This document shows positions 8,526 to 18,536 of a DNA stretch of 64,000 bases, one piece after another. The DNA is taken from the NCBI GenBank assembly GCA_965203925.1, contig OZ241924.1, positions 4,971,195 through 5,035,194 of the forward strand, written 5' to 3'. This DNA comes from Bryobacterales bacterium (GTDB lineage Bacteria > Acidobacteriota > Terriglobia > Bryobacterales > UBA6623). The translations under genes were made by a program, and so were the position numbers. A model generated the notes under the pieces. It did no database searches and was not told where the DNA came from. It saw nothing but the letters and a program-made list of their open reading frames with translations. Positions within the stretch are counted from its first letter, which is position 1. The number at the start of each line of letters is the position of its first letter.

Positions 8526-10001
8526 ATGGACCTGACGCGACCGGAAGAGGATGGTGCGCATCTCGAGGGCGGTCAGAACCAACGAGCCCCCGGCTCGGTG
8601 GTGGAGCGTGGTGTCCCTACGAGCATTGAGGGCGAGAAGTTCGTGCTTGGGACGATCCTGCTTGACGACGTCAAATTCGCGGAAGTTGCCGGCAGGATCA
8701 AAGAGGACGACTTCTTCACTGAGAGGCATCGCTGCATCTTTGCCAGCATGCGAGGAATCTACGAGCGCGGGGAGCGAATCGAGTATCTGGGTCTCCTGAA
8801 CGAGCTCAACAAGCACGGGAACATCGAGAAGGCCGGCGGCGCGGCGTACGTTGCATCGCTCACAGACGGGATGCCGCGTGGCGAATTCCTGAGCGGCTAT
8901 CTCAAGATCGTCAAGGACAAGGCGATCCTCCGAAGGCTCATAAACACAGCGAACTCAATCGTCTCCGATGGATCCAGGGCGGACCGCGAAGTCGATGAGA
9001 TCCTTGCCGACGCCGAGACGTCAATCCTGAAGATCGGCAATGAAGTCCTACGGTCTGGCTTGGCGACTCCCAAGGAGACTGTCGACAACTTCCCCGGTGG
9101 CCTCGATGCGTTCTTGGACCCCTCCAAGCGCCAGAAGGGGATTTCGAGCCCATTCACGGATCTCGAAAGGATGACCAACGGATTCCTTCCGGGACAGCTG
9201 GTCATCTTGGCAGCCAGGCCTGCGATGGGAAAGACGGCGATGGCCCTCAACATCGCCACCCACGTGGCTGACCCCAACCGGGTCCAAGGGGGAAGGGTCG
9301 TCGCCCTTTTTTCCCTCGAGATGTCTCGCGAGGCACTGCTGACCCGCATTCTCTGCTCAGAAGCAGGGGTTGACCACCTTCAGTTCCGGCGGGGCAAGCT
9401 GAGGCGCGAGAAGCGCGAGCGCCTCCAGAGAGCTCTAGGCAAGCTCGTCAATTACAAGCTGTACATTGACGACACCTCCGAGCTGGGCATATTCGAACTG
9501 GGGGCCAAGTGCCGCCGGCTGCAATCCGAAGCCGGCCTCGATCTGGTGATCGTGGACTACTTGCAGCTGATGGCGTCGAAGGGGAGGGTCGAGAGCCGCG
9601 TCCATGAGATCTCGGCGTTCTCACGTGGACTCAAGCTGTTGGCGAAGGACTTGCAGGTGCCGCTGATTGCCCTCTCCCAACTCAGCCGTGGCCCGGAGAG
9701 CAAGGGGCGCAAGGATGCGCGCCCACGCTTGAGCGATCTTCGAGACTCCGGTTCCATCGAGCAAGATGCAGACGTCGTGTGCTTCATCTACCGCGGGTCC
9801 ATCTATAAGCCCGACAACCCCGAGCTCCAAGGTCGCGCTGAACTGATCATCGGAAAGCAGCGCAACGGCCCGACCGGGACGGTCCATCTGGCCTTCTTGG
9901 ACAAGTACGCGACTTTCCGAAACCTGGAGACCACCGAGCGTCAAGAGCCAGAGATGATCTCCCCGATGCCCGCCGACGTCGACGAACCAGTGCCCTTCTG
10001 A
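8526..10001 (+). CDS. dnaB: Replicative DNA helicase
   Basis: AARPAMGKT Walker A, FSLEMS, VIVDYLQL, LSQLSR, DLRDSGSIEQDAD, KQRNGPTG; no intein; upstream in-frame extension to 8085 not credible. Confidence 0.97.
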   Translation: MDLTRPEEDGAHLEGGQNQRAPGSVVERGVPTSIEGEKFVLGTILLDDVKFAEVAGRIKEDDFFTERHRCIFASMRGIYERGERIEYLGLLNELNKHGNIEKAGGAAYVASLTDGMPRGEFLSGYLKIVKDKAILRRLINTANSIVSDGSRADREVDEILADAETSILKIGNEVLRSGLATPKETVDNFPGGLDAFLDPSKRQKGISSPFTDLERMTNGFLPGQLVILAARPAMGKTAMALNIATHVADPNRVQGGRVVALFSLEMSREALLTRILCSEAGVDHLQFRRGKLRREKRERLQRALGKLVNYKLYIDDTSELGIFELGAKCRRLQSEAGLDLVIVDYLQLMASKGRVESRVHEISAFSRGLKLLAKDLQVPLIALSQLSRGPESKGRKDARPRLSDLRDSGSIEQDADVVCFIYRGSIYKPDNPELQGRAELIIGKQRNGPTGTVHLAFLDKYATFRNLETTERQEPEMISPMPADVDEPVPF

Positions 10002-10139
10002 GCTGGGTTTCAGCGGTCCCATCCCGATTTGGCGGTCCGGTGGGGCGATCAATGGTGCTGGAGCGATTAGGACATGCGCGCCGAGTCAGCAACGAGCGCT
10101 CCAAGCTGGCTAGACTAGAGTCGTGCGCGGGGCGTTGAA

Positions 10140-11978
10140 GTGAGGTTCGGTGCCCTCACTTCGGGCTTGGCAGTCGGCCTTTCGTTGGCTTTGGCGCAGT
10201 CCCCGCCAGAGCGACTGCCGCAGGACCACGCCCCTACGGACATCACTGGTAGGCATCAGCGGCTCGGGAGTCAGACCGACGACCTCGCGCCCGAGGGCGG
10301 CGTTTCGGCCATACCCATAGAGCGTGCGAGCTTCATCGATGACCACATATTCGGCAAGATCGAACGCGACGGGATTCCTCACGCTCCGGTCTCCGACGAC
10401 GCCACATTCTTCCGTCGCCTCCATCTGGACTTGACGGGACTGATCCCGAGTGGGAACGAGGCGAAGGAGTTCGTTGCCGATCCCGACACGCAGAAGAGGC
10501 GCAGGCTGATCGATCGGCTGGTGGGCAGTGTTGCGTGGCGGGACCGCTGGACATACTGGCATCTCGATCTGTGGCGCACCAGTCAGAATCGTGTGGGATG
10601 GGCGGGGCGCAACCTGTTCCACGACTATGTCGCAGATGCGCTGCTGCTGAATCAGCCGTACGACGCCTTCGTCCGCGAACTGCTGACGGCAGAAGCCCGC
10701 AGCAATTGGTACGTCGGCCCGGCCAGCTATTTGGTCCGGTGGGCGGTGTTCGCGGACAACTGCACCGAAATCATGCACGAGGACACCGCCGACGAGATGA
10801 CGGTGATGGTCTTTCAGCACTTCTTGGGTGTGAATCTGCAGTGCGTGTCGTGCCATGACGGGGCCAATCACCTCGAACAAGTGAACGCTTGGCTCACCGA
10901 GCGCAAGCGCGAGGAGTTCTGGGCACAGGCCGCATTCTTCGGCAACACACGCGTGTTGCGAAGGGTAGAACTCCGCAACACGCAGGACGAGTACGGGATC
11001 GATGATCGGGATCCGTCGCGCGATGGGTACTCCCGCTCGGCATCCAGCACCGTGCGCGTCGCGAGGCTTGGCGAAGGAAGGGTGGAGCCTCGCTTCATTC
11101 TGGGAGGCGAGCGCCCGGAATCAGGCAAGCCCCTGCGCCAAGAGCTAGCCCGCATCCTGACAGCCCACCGGCAGTTTGCGCGGGCGACGGTGAACCGGTT
11201 CTGGGCCGAGTTCATGGGTGCCGGAATTGTGGACCCAGTGGACGGATTCGACCTGAGAAGAATGTCGCCGGAGAGCCTAGCCGACGGCTGGGCGGTCCAG
11301 CCGACGCATCCAGGACTCCTAGAAGAGCTGACCGACGACTTCATCGAGAGCGGCTACGACTTGCAGCACCTGCACAAGCGCATCGTCAGCTCAGCCGCCT
11401 ACCAGCTCTCGACCGCATTCCCTGCCCAGTGGAATCCCGACTACGCGAGGTATTTCGCGCGGAAGTTCATGCGGCGCCTCACCGCAGAGCAGGTCTACGA
11501 CGCGGTCGTGAAAGCGACCAACTTGCAAGTTCCAATTCAGATTCCCCTGACCGATCGGCAAGTGGACCACATGGTTCAGATGCGCGGCCCCGCCGACCTA
11601 CGGAGGAGCAGAACGCTTGGCCCTCAACTCAAGCAGGACCTCCAGTTCTTCATGGAAGCGTTTGGTCAGGCCAACCGTGAATTCAATGAGCCGACTCGCG
11701 ACGGGTCGATCATCCAAGCGGCGCTGATGATGAATTCCCGATTGGTCAGGGACAAGGCCAAGCCGCACGACGGCAGCTATCTGGCCGGGCTGCTCTCCCA
11801 AGGCCTGGAGGGCGAGCGCCTCGTCGAGTCGCTCTTCTGGCAGTTCCTGATCCGGGCACCGTACGAACGCGAGATGGCCGACTCAATGGAACTGCTCGCG
11901 TCGAGGGGTTCGGCAGCGGGTGGCGAGGATCTGCAGTGGCTGCTGATGAACAAACTTGAGTTCATGTTCAACCGATAG
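10140..11978 (+). CDS. DUF1549/DUF1553 (PSCyt2/PSD1) secreted protein
   Basis: FIDDHIF..FFRRLHLDLTGLIP, QCVSCHD (CxxCH), FARATVNRFW, THPGLLEEL, RRLTAEQ, LMNKLEF. Confidence 0.9.
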   Translation: MRFGALTSGLAVGLSLALAQSPPERLPQDHAPTDITGRHQRLGSQTDDLAPEGGVSAIPIERASFIDDHIFGKIERDGIPHAPVSDDATFFRRLHLDLTGLIPSGNEAKEFVADPDTQKRRRLIDRLVGSVAWRDRWTYWHLDLWRTSQNRVGWAGRNLFHDYVADALLLNQPYDAFVRELLTAEARSNWYVGPASYLVRWAVFADNCTEIMHEDTADEMTVMVFQHFLGVNLQCVSCHDGANHLEQVNAWLTERKREEFWAQAAFFGNTRVLRRVELRNTQDEYGIDDRDPSRDGYSRSASSTVRVARLGEGRVEPRFILGGERPESGKPLRQELARILTAHRQFARATVNRFWAEFMGAGIVDPVDGFDLRRMSPESLADGWAVQPTHPGLLEELTDDFIESGYDLQHLHKRIVSSAAYQLSTAFPAQWNPDYARYFARKFMRRLTAEQVYDAVVKATNLQVPIQIPLTDRQVDHMVQMRGPADLRRSRTLGPQLKQDLQFFMEAFGQANREFNEPTRDGSIIQAALMMNSRLVRDKAKPHDGSYLAGLLSQGLEGERLVESLFWQFLIRAPYEREMADSMELLASRGSAAGGEDLQWLLMNKLEFMFNR

Positions 11979-11988
11979 GAGGCCACCC

Positions 11989-13362
11989 GTGCCGCGTCTT
12001 CAAGATCACTTTCTCACGCGCAGGGAGATGCTGCGGGTCGGGTCGGTCGCCGTTACCGGCTACTACTGCTCGCCGCTATTCCAGCCGCGGGTCAGGGCAT
12101 CGGGGCGTGCAGCCGCGGAAGGACAGGCCCGCTTCTGCATTTTCGTGATGCTCGAGGGTGGCCAGTCCCACGTGGATGGGTGGGACTTCAAGGAGGGCCC
12201 CTGGACACCTCCGGACTTCGCCCCCCAGAGCGTTCCGGGTTTGGGTACTTGGCCGATGGGCCTTTATCCCCAGCTCGCGGACCGACGCGACCGCTATTCC
12301 TTGGTGCGCTCCATGGCTACTTGGGAGAGCCAGCACGGCAGGGGCCAGTACTACATGCAGACGGGGCATCAGCACAACCCCGCTCTCGCCCCCGAATTGC
12401 CGGGAATCGGTTCGGTTGTGGCCCTAGAATCCTCCGCTAGCCGCCGGGAGAGCGACTGTCTGCCGCCATTCGTCGCATTCAACACCTTCCCGCAGGTTGG
12501 CCTGATCGGGTCGGGCTTCCTCCCGGCCACGTTCACACCATTCCACATCAACACCTCTTCGGACATCTCGGCGCTCGCGCCCAAGGCCGAGGAATTGCCG
12601 GACTTCAAACGGCGCTGGGAGCTCCTCAAGAGGCTTGACGGTCGATTGCGGTCGGACCGGTCCCTTCAGCGCAAGGCCTACCGCGACTATCACAACCACT
12701 ACGAGGGCGCCGTCGATCTCATGTCCGATCCCCGCAGCGCTCACATCTTCAGCATCGGAGAATCCGACAGCTCGCGGTATGGGGGCAACCCGGTCGGGGA
12801 CTCGTTCGTACTCGCGCGCAACCTTGTGGTCGCCGACGCCGGAACGCGATTCATATTCCTGACCCACGAGGACTGGGACCACCACGGGGCAATCTACAAG
12901 CCAGAGAACTTCTACAAGCGTTCGCACGAGCTGGACACGGCGCTGAGCCAGCTGCTTGACGACCTCAGCGCGGAGACCCGCGCCGACGGTCGATCCGTGC
13001 TGGACGAGACTCTGGTGGTCTGCGTGGGGGAGTTCGGGCGCACACCTGGCGAGCTGACCAACATTGACGGGCGTGACCACTACCAGTACGCCTTCACGGG
13101 GCTCTTCGCAGGTGGGGGCGTGCGGCCTGGCCGCGTCTTGGGGGCTACCGACGAAGCCGGTGCGCAGATCACGGATCCCGGATGGAGCGCGAATCGACCG
13201 GTGTATCCGGAGGACCTCGCCACAACCATCTATTCGGCAATGGGCATTGACTGGACCAAGAGCATCGAGGAGACTCCATCCGGACGCACATACCACTACA
13301 TCGAGGTCTTTTCGCCCACCCGCATGCTGGCCAACCGCGTCGTACGAGAACTATTCTCGTGA
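11989..13362 (+). CDS. DUF1501 protein with Tat signal
   Basis: TRREMLR; GGQSHVDGWD, WDHH, GEFGRTP, GRDH, PEDLATTIY; AGGAGG RBS. Confidence 0.92.
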   Translation: MPRLQDHFLTRREMLRVGSVAVTGYYCSPLFQPRVRASGRAAAEGQARFCIFVMLEGGQSHVDGWDFKEGPWTPPDFAPQSVPGLGTWPMGLYPQLADRRDRYSLVRSMATWESQHGRGQYYMQTGHQHNPALAPELPGIGSVVALESSASRRESDCLPPFVAFNTFPQVGLIGSGFLPATFTPFHINTSSDISALAPKAEELPDFKRRWELLKRLDGRLRSDRSLQRKAYRDYHNHYEGAVDLMSDPRSAHIFSIGESDSSRYGGNPVGDSFVLARNLVVADAGTRFIFLTHEDWDHHGAIYKPENFYKRSHELDTALSQLLDDLSAETRADGRSVLDETLVVCVGEFGRTPGELTNIDGRDHYQYAFTGLFAGGGVRPGRVLGATDEAGAQITDPGWSANRPVYPEDLATTIYSAMGIDWTKSIEETPSGRTYHYIEVFSPTRMLANRVVRELFS

Positions 13363-13387
13363 GGCCACGGCCCCAGTGGCACTTGGC

Positions 13388-14107
13388 ATGATCTCCACGA
13401 TCGCAGACCGCGCTCGAGTGGCATGGCTGAGGCGGAAGATGCGCGCCGACTGGGACCGCCGGGGCCGTGAGGACGCGATGCACTACGTGAACACGGCCCG
13501 CCAGGGCTGGGACGAGCGCGAGTTCTTTGCGACCGGCGAGCGGAATGTCGCAGAACTGATATCCGGCGACATGGAGAGCGTCTGCCAAGGGCGGGATCCT
13601 TCCGCGATGCGAGTCCTTGAGATCGGCTGCGGAGTCGGCCGAATGACGAGGGCCCTTGCCGGGATCTTCGGCGAGGTCCACGGCGTTGACATCAGTGGCG
13701 AGATGGTAAGCCGAGCCAAGAAGTTCCTCCGAGACACGCCCAACGCACACGTGCATCGCAACTCGGGCGCCGACTTGGGGGTCCTCGGCGAAATGAGCTT
13801 CGACTTTGCCTTCTCCTTCATAGTCTTCCAGCACATCCCCAGCCGTCGTGTCATTTCTCGCTACGTGCGGGCAGTCCACGGACACCTTAGGCCGGGTTCG
13901 ATGTTCAAGTTTCAGGTCCAGGGCTACACGGCCCCGTCTCTCCAAAGGCTGCGGAACGACACATGGCTAGGAGTTGGCATCTCGGAGGGCGAAGCGGGGC
14001 GCATGGCCGCCGAGAACGGATTCGTGCTGGTGCGAAGCTCAGGTGCGGGGTCGCAATACTACTGGCTCTGGTACCTCAAGCCCCGGCAGGAACCGCTTCG
14101 CCCGTAG
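13388..14107 (+). CDS. Class I SAM-dependent methyltransferase
   Basis: VLEIGCGVGR, GVDIS, FDFAFSFIVFQH, LRPG. Confidence 0.9.
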   Translation: MISTIADRARVAWLRRKMRADWDRRGREDAMHYVNTARQGWDEREFFATGERNVAELISGDMESVCQGRDPSAMRVLEIGCGVGRMTRALAGIFGEVHGVDISGEMVSRAKKFLRDTPNAHVHRNSGADLGVLGEMSFDFAFSFIVFQHIPSRRVISRYVRAVHGHLRPGSMFKFQVQGYTAPSLQRLRNDTWLGVGISEGEAGRMAAENGFVLVRSSGAGSQYYWLWYLKPRQEPLRP

Positions 14108-14114
14108 AGGCGGC

Positions 14115-14993
14115 TCATCCTCCCCAGTCGGAGGGCAGCCGAGGGGCGAGCCGGAGCCACCGGAGAGCCCGGTAGGGCCAGCGGGACAGTTCCCGGCTCA
14201 TGCGTCCCTCGACAGTGGCGTGCCGTGACTCGAGCGCGGTTACCCAGCGCTCGAGCTCTCGGATGTGCTGTTCCCTCGCACGCAGAACATTGCCTGGATC
14301 GGGGATATATGCCAGGTCAGCCAGCCCCTCCAAGGGCTGGGATGAGCAGACTGCGACAAAGAAGTGGGCATTCTCCGGGTTGAACCCGACCGGTTCCACA
14401 AATCCCCGGGCCGCTCGGGTCTGCCCCGAGCTGACGCTGATGGCAGAGACGTGGTTCTGGAAGAACATCCGGCAGTGCTCGAACTCGTTCGCTAGCGCGG
14501 CGCCGAATTCCGCATGGTCGAACTCGTGGACGTGGAAGGGGTTGGGCTCCGTGCGGGTCGACTGGTAGTAGGGCCGATTCGGGGTGGATACGACGAACGC
14601 GCCGCCTGGGGCCAGCACGCGGGCTGCCTCGCTGACGAGCCGTCCCCAAGCCTCAAGGTGTTCGATCACCTCAAACGCCACGACTAGGTCGACGGATGCG
14701 TCGGCCACCGGCAGTGACTTGCAGTCCCCCCGCGCGAACGCTGTTCCAGGAGCGGCACGAGAGGCTTGGCGGACGGCGTCTAAGGAAAGGTCGACGCCGA
14801 GCGTCAGATCGGCGGAGCGAGACAGGATTTCGCAACCATACCCTGCGCCGCACCCAGCATCCAGAACGCGCTTGCCGTGTGCCAGCGGCTCGGCGAAGTA
14901 GTAGCGGGCCAAGTGCTCGTTGCGCACGTCCGGATCACCGGAGGAGGGCACGAGCCGCTCCCCGCCCGGCTGCCTAGGACGTGCTGGCATCAC
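14115..14993 (-). CDS. Class I SAM-dependent methyltransferase with C-terminal coiled coil
   Basis: GERLVP..EHLARY, VLDAGCGAGYG, FEVIEHL, VSTPN, NPFHVHEF. Confidence 0.9.
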   Translation of the reverse strand: MMPARPRQPGGERLVPSSGDPDVRNEHLARYYFAEPLAHGKRVLDAGCGAGYGCEILSRSADLTLGVDLSLDAVRQASRAAPGTAFARGDCKSLPVADASVDLVVAFEVIEHLEAWGRLVSEAARVLAPGGAFVVSTPNRPYYQSTRTEPNPFHVHEFDHAEFGAALANEFEHCRMFFQNHVSAISVSSGQTRAARGFVEPVGFNPENAHFFVAVCSSQPLEGLADLAYIPDPGNVLRAREQHIRELERWVTALESRHATVEGRMSRELSRWPYRALRWLRLAPRLPSDWGG

Positions 14994-15087
14994 CGACTCG
15001 CCGGTTCATTGGGCTTTGGCATCGGCAATGCTCCGCCCGGACCGTCCTCCGAACGGAGGCCGATGATTGGATGCTGCACCCGCGCGA

Positions 15088-17955
15088 TCAATCGCCGCGA
15101 TAGTCGATCCAGATCGGACTGCTCCACGCCATGTTCTCGTCGGACTGGATGACGCGCACATAGTAGTAGTGAGTACCGGGCGTGACCTCAGAGTCCGTGA
15201 ACGTCAGCGTCAGCTCGCCGACCCCTGGTTCGGCGGTGTAGGCGAAAGTGTTGTCCTTGATGATGTCAATCTGACTGATGGTGGCTGTGCCGATGACCCG
15301 GATGTCCAGCCGGGGCCTATCACTGCTGGCGAACTCTTCGCCCATCGCATGGCCCCGACTCTGGAAGTCGACGATGATGTTGTCTGTCGCGGCATAGGTT
15401 CTCCGCGCGTACAGCGAATCCCAGATGGCGCCGTAGGATCGCTCGGGCGTGTAGGCAACCGCATAGGACATGTGAGTCGAGCGGTGGTCCGAGCTGGCGA
15501 TGAAGCCGAGCCTGTAGCCCTTCTCGAGTGCGTTCCACACGAAACCCGCCGGCCGGATGGCCCCCGACGTGATGTAGCCTCCGACCACAATCTGCTCTGC
15601 CGTGGCGCCGCGCGGCGCTCCCAGGTACTCGTAGGAGTCGCGGTTCCCTTGGAAGATCTCTACCAAGCGCTCAGCACGTTCGTTGTTGTAGCGCCAGTCT
15701 GTGCCCATTTGGGTCGCAGTCGTGTGCGGGATGCTGATGGCCTTCGGCCGGTCGCCCTCTAACAGCTGCCTCCACAGCAGAGGAGTGTCGTCCTCCGCTA
15801 TGCCGATGTCGCGGTCCCCAAGCTTGATCCGGATTGGCGAAAACCCCCTGCCCCGCCAGACGATGTTGCGGTGGCCATCCGGATAGCCCACGGTGCGCTC
15901 GTAGTTCAGGACGGGGTAGAAGGTTCCGGGAATCTTGTAGACGTCGACGGCCTTGTCCACCATCCGCCACATGTACTCGCTGTCCGCCTTCTCGGGCAGC
16001 ACGTGCTCCGACGGCCCCAAGAAGTCCATTCCGGCGACGTCGATGGCGTAGCGGTAGCAATCGTATAGGCTCCCGTCACTGTAACCGTCGAAGGAAAGGT
16101 CCGTGTGCCGGTGCAGGTCTCCCCAGGCCAGCCGATAGCGCTCGCCACCGGCCTCCATGCGGTATTCCTTCCAGAGAGGCGCTTTCCGGCCGGGCTCCGA
16201 GTCCCCCGCCGGAGCGGGTGCGCGCAGGTCGTCACCCGCCACAAAGTACTCGTCCGTGACCGGGCCACCTGGCACGCGAGAAAGCTCGACCTTGCCGGCG
16301 TACACGTCGTACTGCCAGAACCTCTCGCTGTCAGGGGCATAGCTCTTGCCGTCGGTCTGCGTGACGACCCACAAGTCTCCGCTCCGGTCCACGGCGGTGG
16401 CCGGGCGCTGCTCGTTTCGACCGTCGGAGTGTGGCAGCCAGATCGGGGGAGTCCAGCCGTGGCCGTCGAACATCGTGAGCTTGGAGTCCCAGTAAGGAAA
16501 TATCGAGCGAGCCGCGACGGACGGCGGATTGGCGCGACCCAAAGTGCGGGTGCGCAGGAGAGCCCACACTCGCCCCTTGCCGTCGACCATCAGCTTCGGG
16601 TACTCGGTGAAGGTCCTCCGGGCACTGTCCAAGCCCAGCGCCATCCAGCTGCCCGTGATCGGGCTGGGAGCGAAGCGGTGGTCAATCGCGGGCACGGGCC
16701 GAGCGATCCGCCCCCGGTCCAGCACGCGCACTTGGGCCTGCCTCTTGAAGTACAGGCCGCTCTCTCCGCGGTGGATGCCGTTGATCCCGTAGTGGTCCTT
16801 GCCCCAGTTGGGTCCGCCGTTGTCCCACGCGATCCATAGCCGGTCGCGGTGGTCGAAGACGATACTGGCGTGGGCCTGGAAGTCCTCGCTGGCCGTGAGG
16901 CGCTCTTGCTCCTGGAGCTTGCCGTTGACCAAGCGGCGCAGGAAGATGTCGTAGTTGCCGTGGCGATAACTGTCCCAAGCGACCGCCACTTCGCCACGCG
17001 AGTTGATGCTGATCGCAGGCTCCCAGTCGTTGGCGGGATGCTCCGTGACCCTCATGGGCTCCGACCACTGGCTACCCTTGCGCACCATCAGTGAGATGTC
17101 TGTGTTCCCGACGGCGCCGGATTGGTAGGCGAGGTACACGTCACCCGTCGGGGAGACAGCCATGCGGGGGTAAGTGTCCGGCCCGGGCCCCTGCGTCAGT
17201 GCTACCGCAGTGGGGCTCCCCCCCAGCGCGTACTCAATCCCGACTAAGTGGACGACACCGTCGCGGATGCGCGATGCAACCGCTGTGACCTCGCCAGCTT
17301 TCGCTGAGGCCAGCTCCACTTGGTAGTAGTCGCCCCGGGGAGCCAGCGTTACCGGCCCATCCCACGCCTCGCCGTCTGCACTCGACCGCAGCTGGATCGT
17401 GTCCGCGCCGTCCTCGAAGGCTATCCAAGCCACCCACACTCTGCCGTCCGGGCCGACGGCGATGGCGGGGTAGTCATCGGCGGCAAGACTCTCCGCCATT
17501 CGCATCGAAGCCGGCACGCGTTCGACGCGGATCCGACCGTCCAACAGGCGGGTCGGCTCTTGGTACCGCACACGACGGGTCGAGAACTCGGCCGTTCCCT
17601 GTGCGGTCTCTAGCCTGACGACTGTCTCCCCCGACGACTCCACGTCGATCAGGACGCCCTTCCATCTCACCGGCGGGAACTCCGCTTGGTCCCGCGGCTC
17701 CATTTGCAGCCGACCGTCCCATTGGTTGCCGCAATTCCATGAAGACCCCTGCGCGGTCTCTCCCGGCCCAAAGTGGTGCGATGCCACCACGGCCACCGTG
17801 CCGGCGGTGGCGCTGGCGGAGCCGCTCCAGTCCCTGACCTGCGAATCGGCCCCTCCGAAGAGCACGCGGAACCGCTGGGTTGCGGCGAGCGGGAAGGAAA
17901 AGGCCAGCGTCAGGCCGCAGGCAACGATCAGTCGAAGCGGGTAGCCGAATTGCAT
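15088..17955 (-). CDS. Secreted beta-propeller + PHP/DUF3604-like metallohydrolase
   Basis: Signal peptide; repeated P-x5-6-G-x-V-[WYA] blades; WGDLHRHT, GHRN, IPHT, VEIFQG, ASSDH, RRTYAAT. Confidence 0.8.
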   Translation of the reverse strand: MQFGYPLRLIVACGLTLAFSFPLAATQRFRVLFGGADSQVRDWSGSASATAGTVAVVASHHFGPGETAQGSSWNCGNQWDGRLQMEPRDQAEFPPVRWKGVLIDVESSGETVVRLETAQGTAEFSTRRVRYQEPTRLLDGRIRVERVPASMRMAESLAADDYPAIAVGPDGRVWVAWIAFEDGADTIQLRSSADGEAWDGPVTLAPRGDYYQVELASAKAGEVTAVASRIRDGVVHLVGIEYALGGSPTAVALTQGPGPDTYPRMAVSPTGDVYLAYQSGAVGNTDISLMVRKGSQWSEPMRVTEHPANDWEPAISINSRGEVAVAWDSYRHGNYDIFLRRLVNGKLQEQERLTASEDFQAHASIVFDHRDRLWIAWDNGGPNWGKDHYGINGIHRGESGLYFKRQAQVRVLDRGRIARPVPAIDHRFAPSPITGSWMALGLDSARRTFTEYPKLMVDGKGRVWALLRTRTLGRANPPSVAARSIFPYWDSKLTMFDGHGWTPPIWLPHSDGRNEQRPATAVDRSGDLWVVTQTDGKSYAPDSERFWQYDVYAGKVELSRVPGGPVTDEYFVAGDDLRAPAPAGDSEPGRKAPLWKEYRMEAGGERYRLAWGDLHRHTDLSFDGYSDGSLYDCYRYAIDVAGMDFLGPSEHVLPEKADSEYMWRMVDKAVDVYKIPGTFYPVLNYERTVGYPDGHRNIVWRGRGFSPIRIKLGDRDIGIAEDDTPLLWRQLLEGDRPKAISIPHTTATQMGTDWRYNNERAERLVEIFQGNRDSYEYLGAPRGATAEQIVVGGYITSGAIRPAGFVWNALEKGYRLGFIASSDHRSTHMSYAVAYTPERSYGAIWDSLYARRTYAATDNIIVDFQSRGHAMGEEFASSDRPRLDIRVIGTATISQIDIIKDNTFAYTAEPGVGELTLTFTDSEVTPGTHYYYVRVIQSDENMAWSSPIWIDYRGD

Positions 17956-18157
17956 ACGGGAAGCAGCTTAAGAGCAACCCAATCATATCCAAGGGACGGC
18001 AAGACCAGATCCGAAGCGATCTGTCGGCGCCACTGGGGCGTTGGTGAGCCATGGCAGGAGCGTGGCCCCTCGGCCGCACCTCTGAATGCCGAAGTTCGTC
18101 GCTCGCCGGGGCATCCGCCCTGCAGCGGCTATTGTGAGGATTAGCACCCGCCCGACA

Positions 18158-18526
18158 GTGGACACCCGCAAAAAGATCGTTCCGCACGATTCCCTGCCTG
18201 AGACTGGCGGACCGACCTCATTTGCCAAGGGGTGGTTCGACGTGCTCACGGCGGACCTCTGCTCGCTGCTTGACCAAGCAGCGGCGCACGGCGGAAGGCT
18301 GACCGTGCTCGTCTACGAGGATGAGCCCGGCCATCCGTCCCCTCTGGGCGCATACGACCGCGCACGAATGGCGGCGGCCCTGCGGTCCGTGGATCTGGTG
18401 TGCACCTGCCCGCGAGCGGATGCTGATGCGATCGCATCGAGAGCAGGCGCCCCAACGCCGCTCGATCTCGACGCTCCGGGCACACGGGACGTCGTGCGGC
18501 AGGTGATCGAGACGCTGTCGGACTGA
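18158..18526 (+). CDS. Degenerate cytidylyltransferase-like protein (HldE C-terminal/RfaE-II-like)
   Basis: FAKGWFDVL, RARMAAALRSVDLV align to FTNGCFDLL / RAEVLAALRAVDYV; HxGH motif absent. Confidence 0.7.
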   Translation: MDTRKKIVPHDSLPETGGPTSFAKGWFDVLTADLCSLLDQAAAHGGRLTVLVYEDEPGHPSPLGAYDRARMAAALRSVDLVCTCPRADADAIASRAGAPTPLDLDAPGTRDVVRQVIETLSD

Positions 18527-18536
18527 GGGCCGCTAA

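Noticed and set aside
8526-10001. Intein in DnaB
   Set aside because: Helicase motifs are contiguous and the length is normal.
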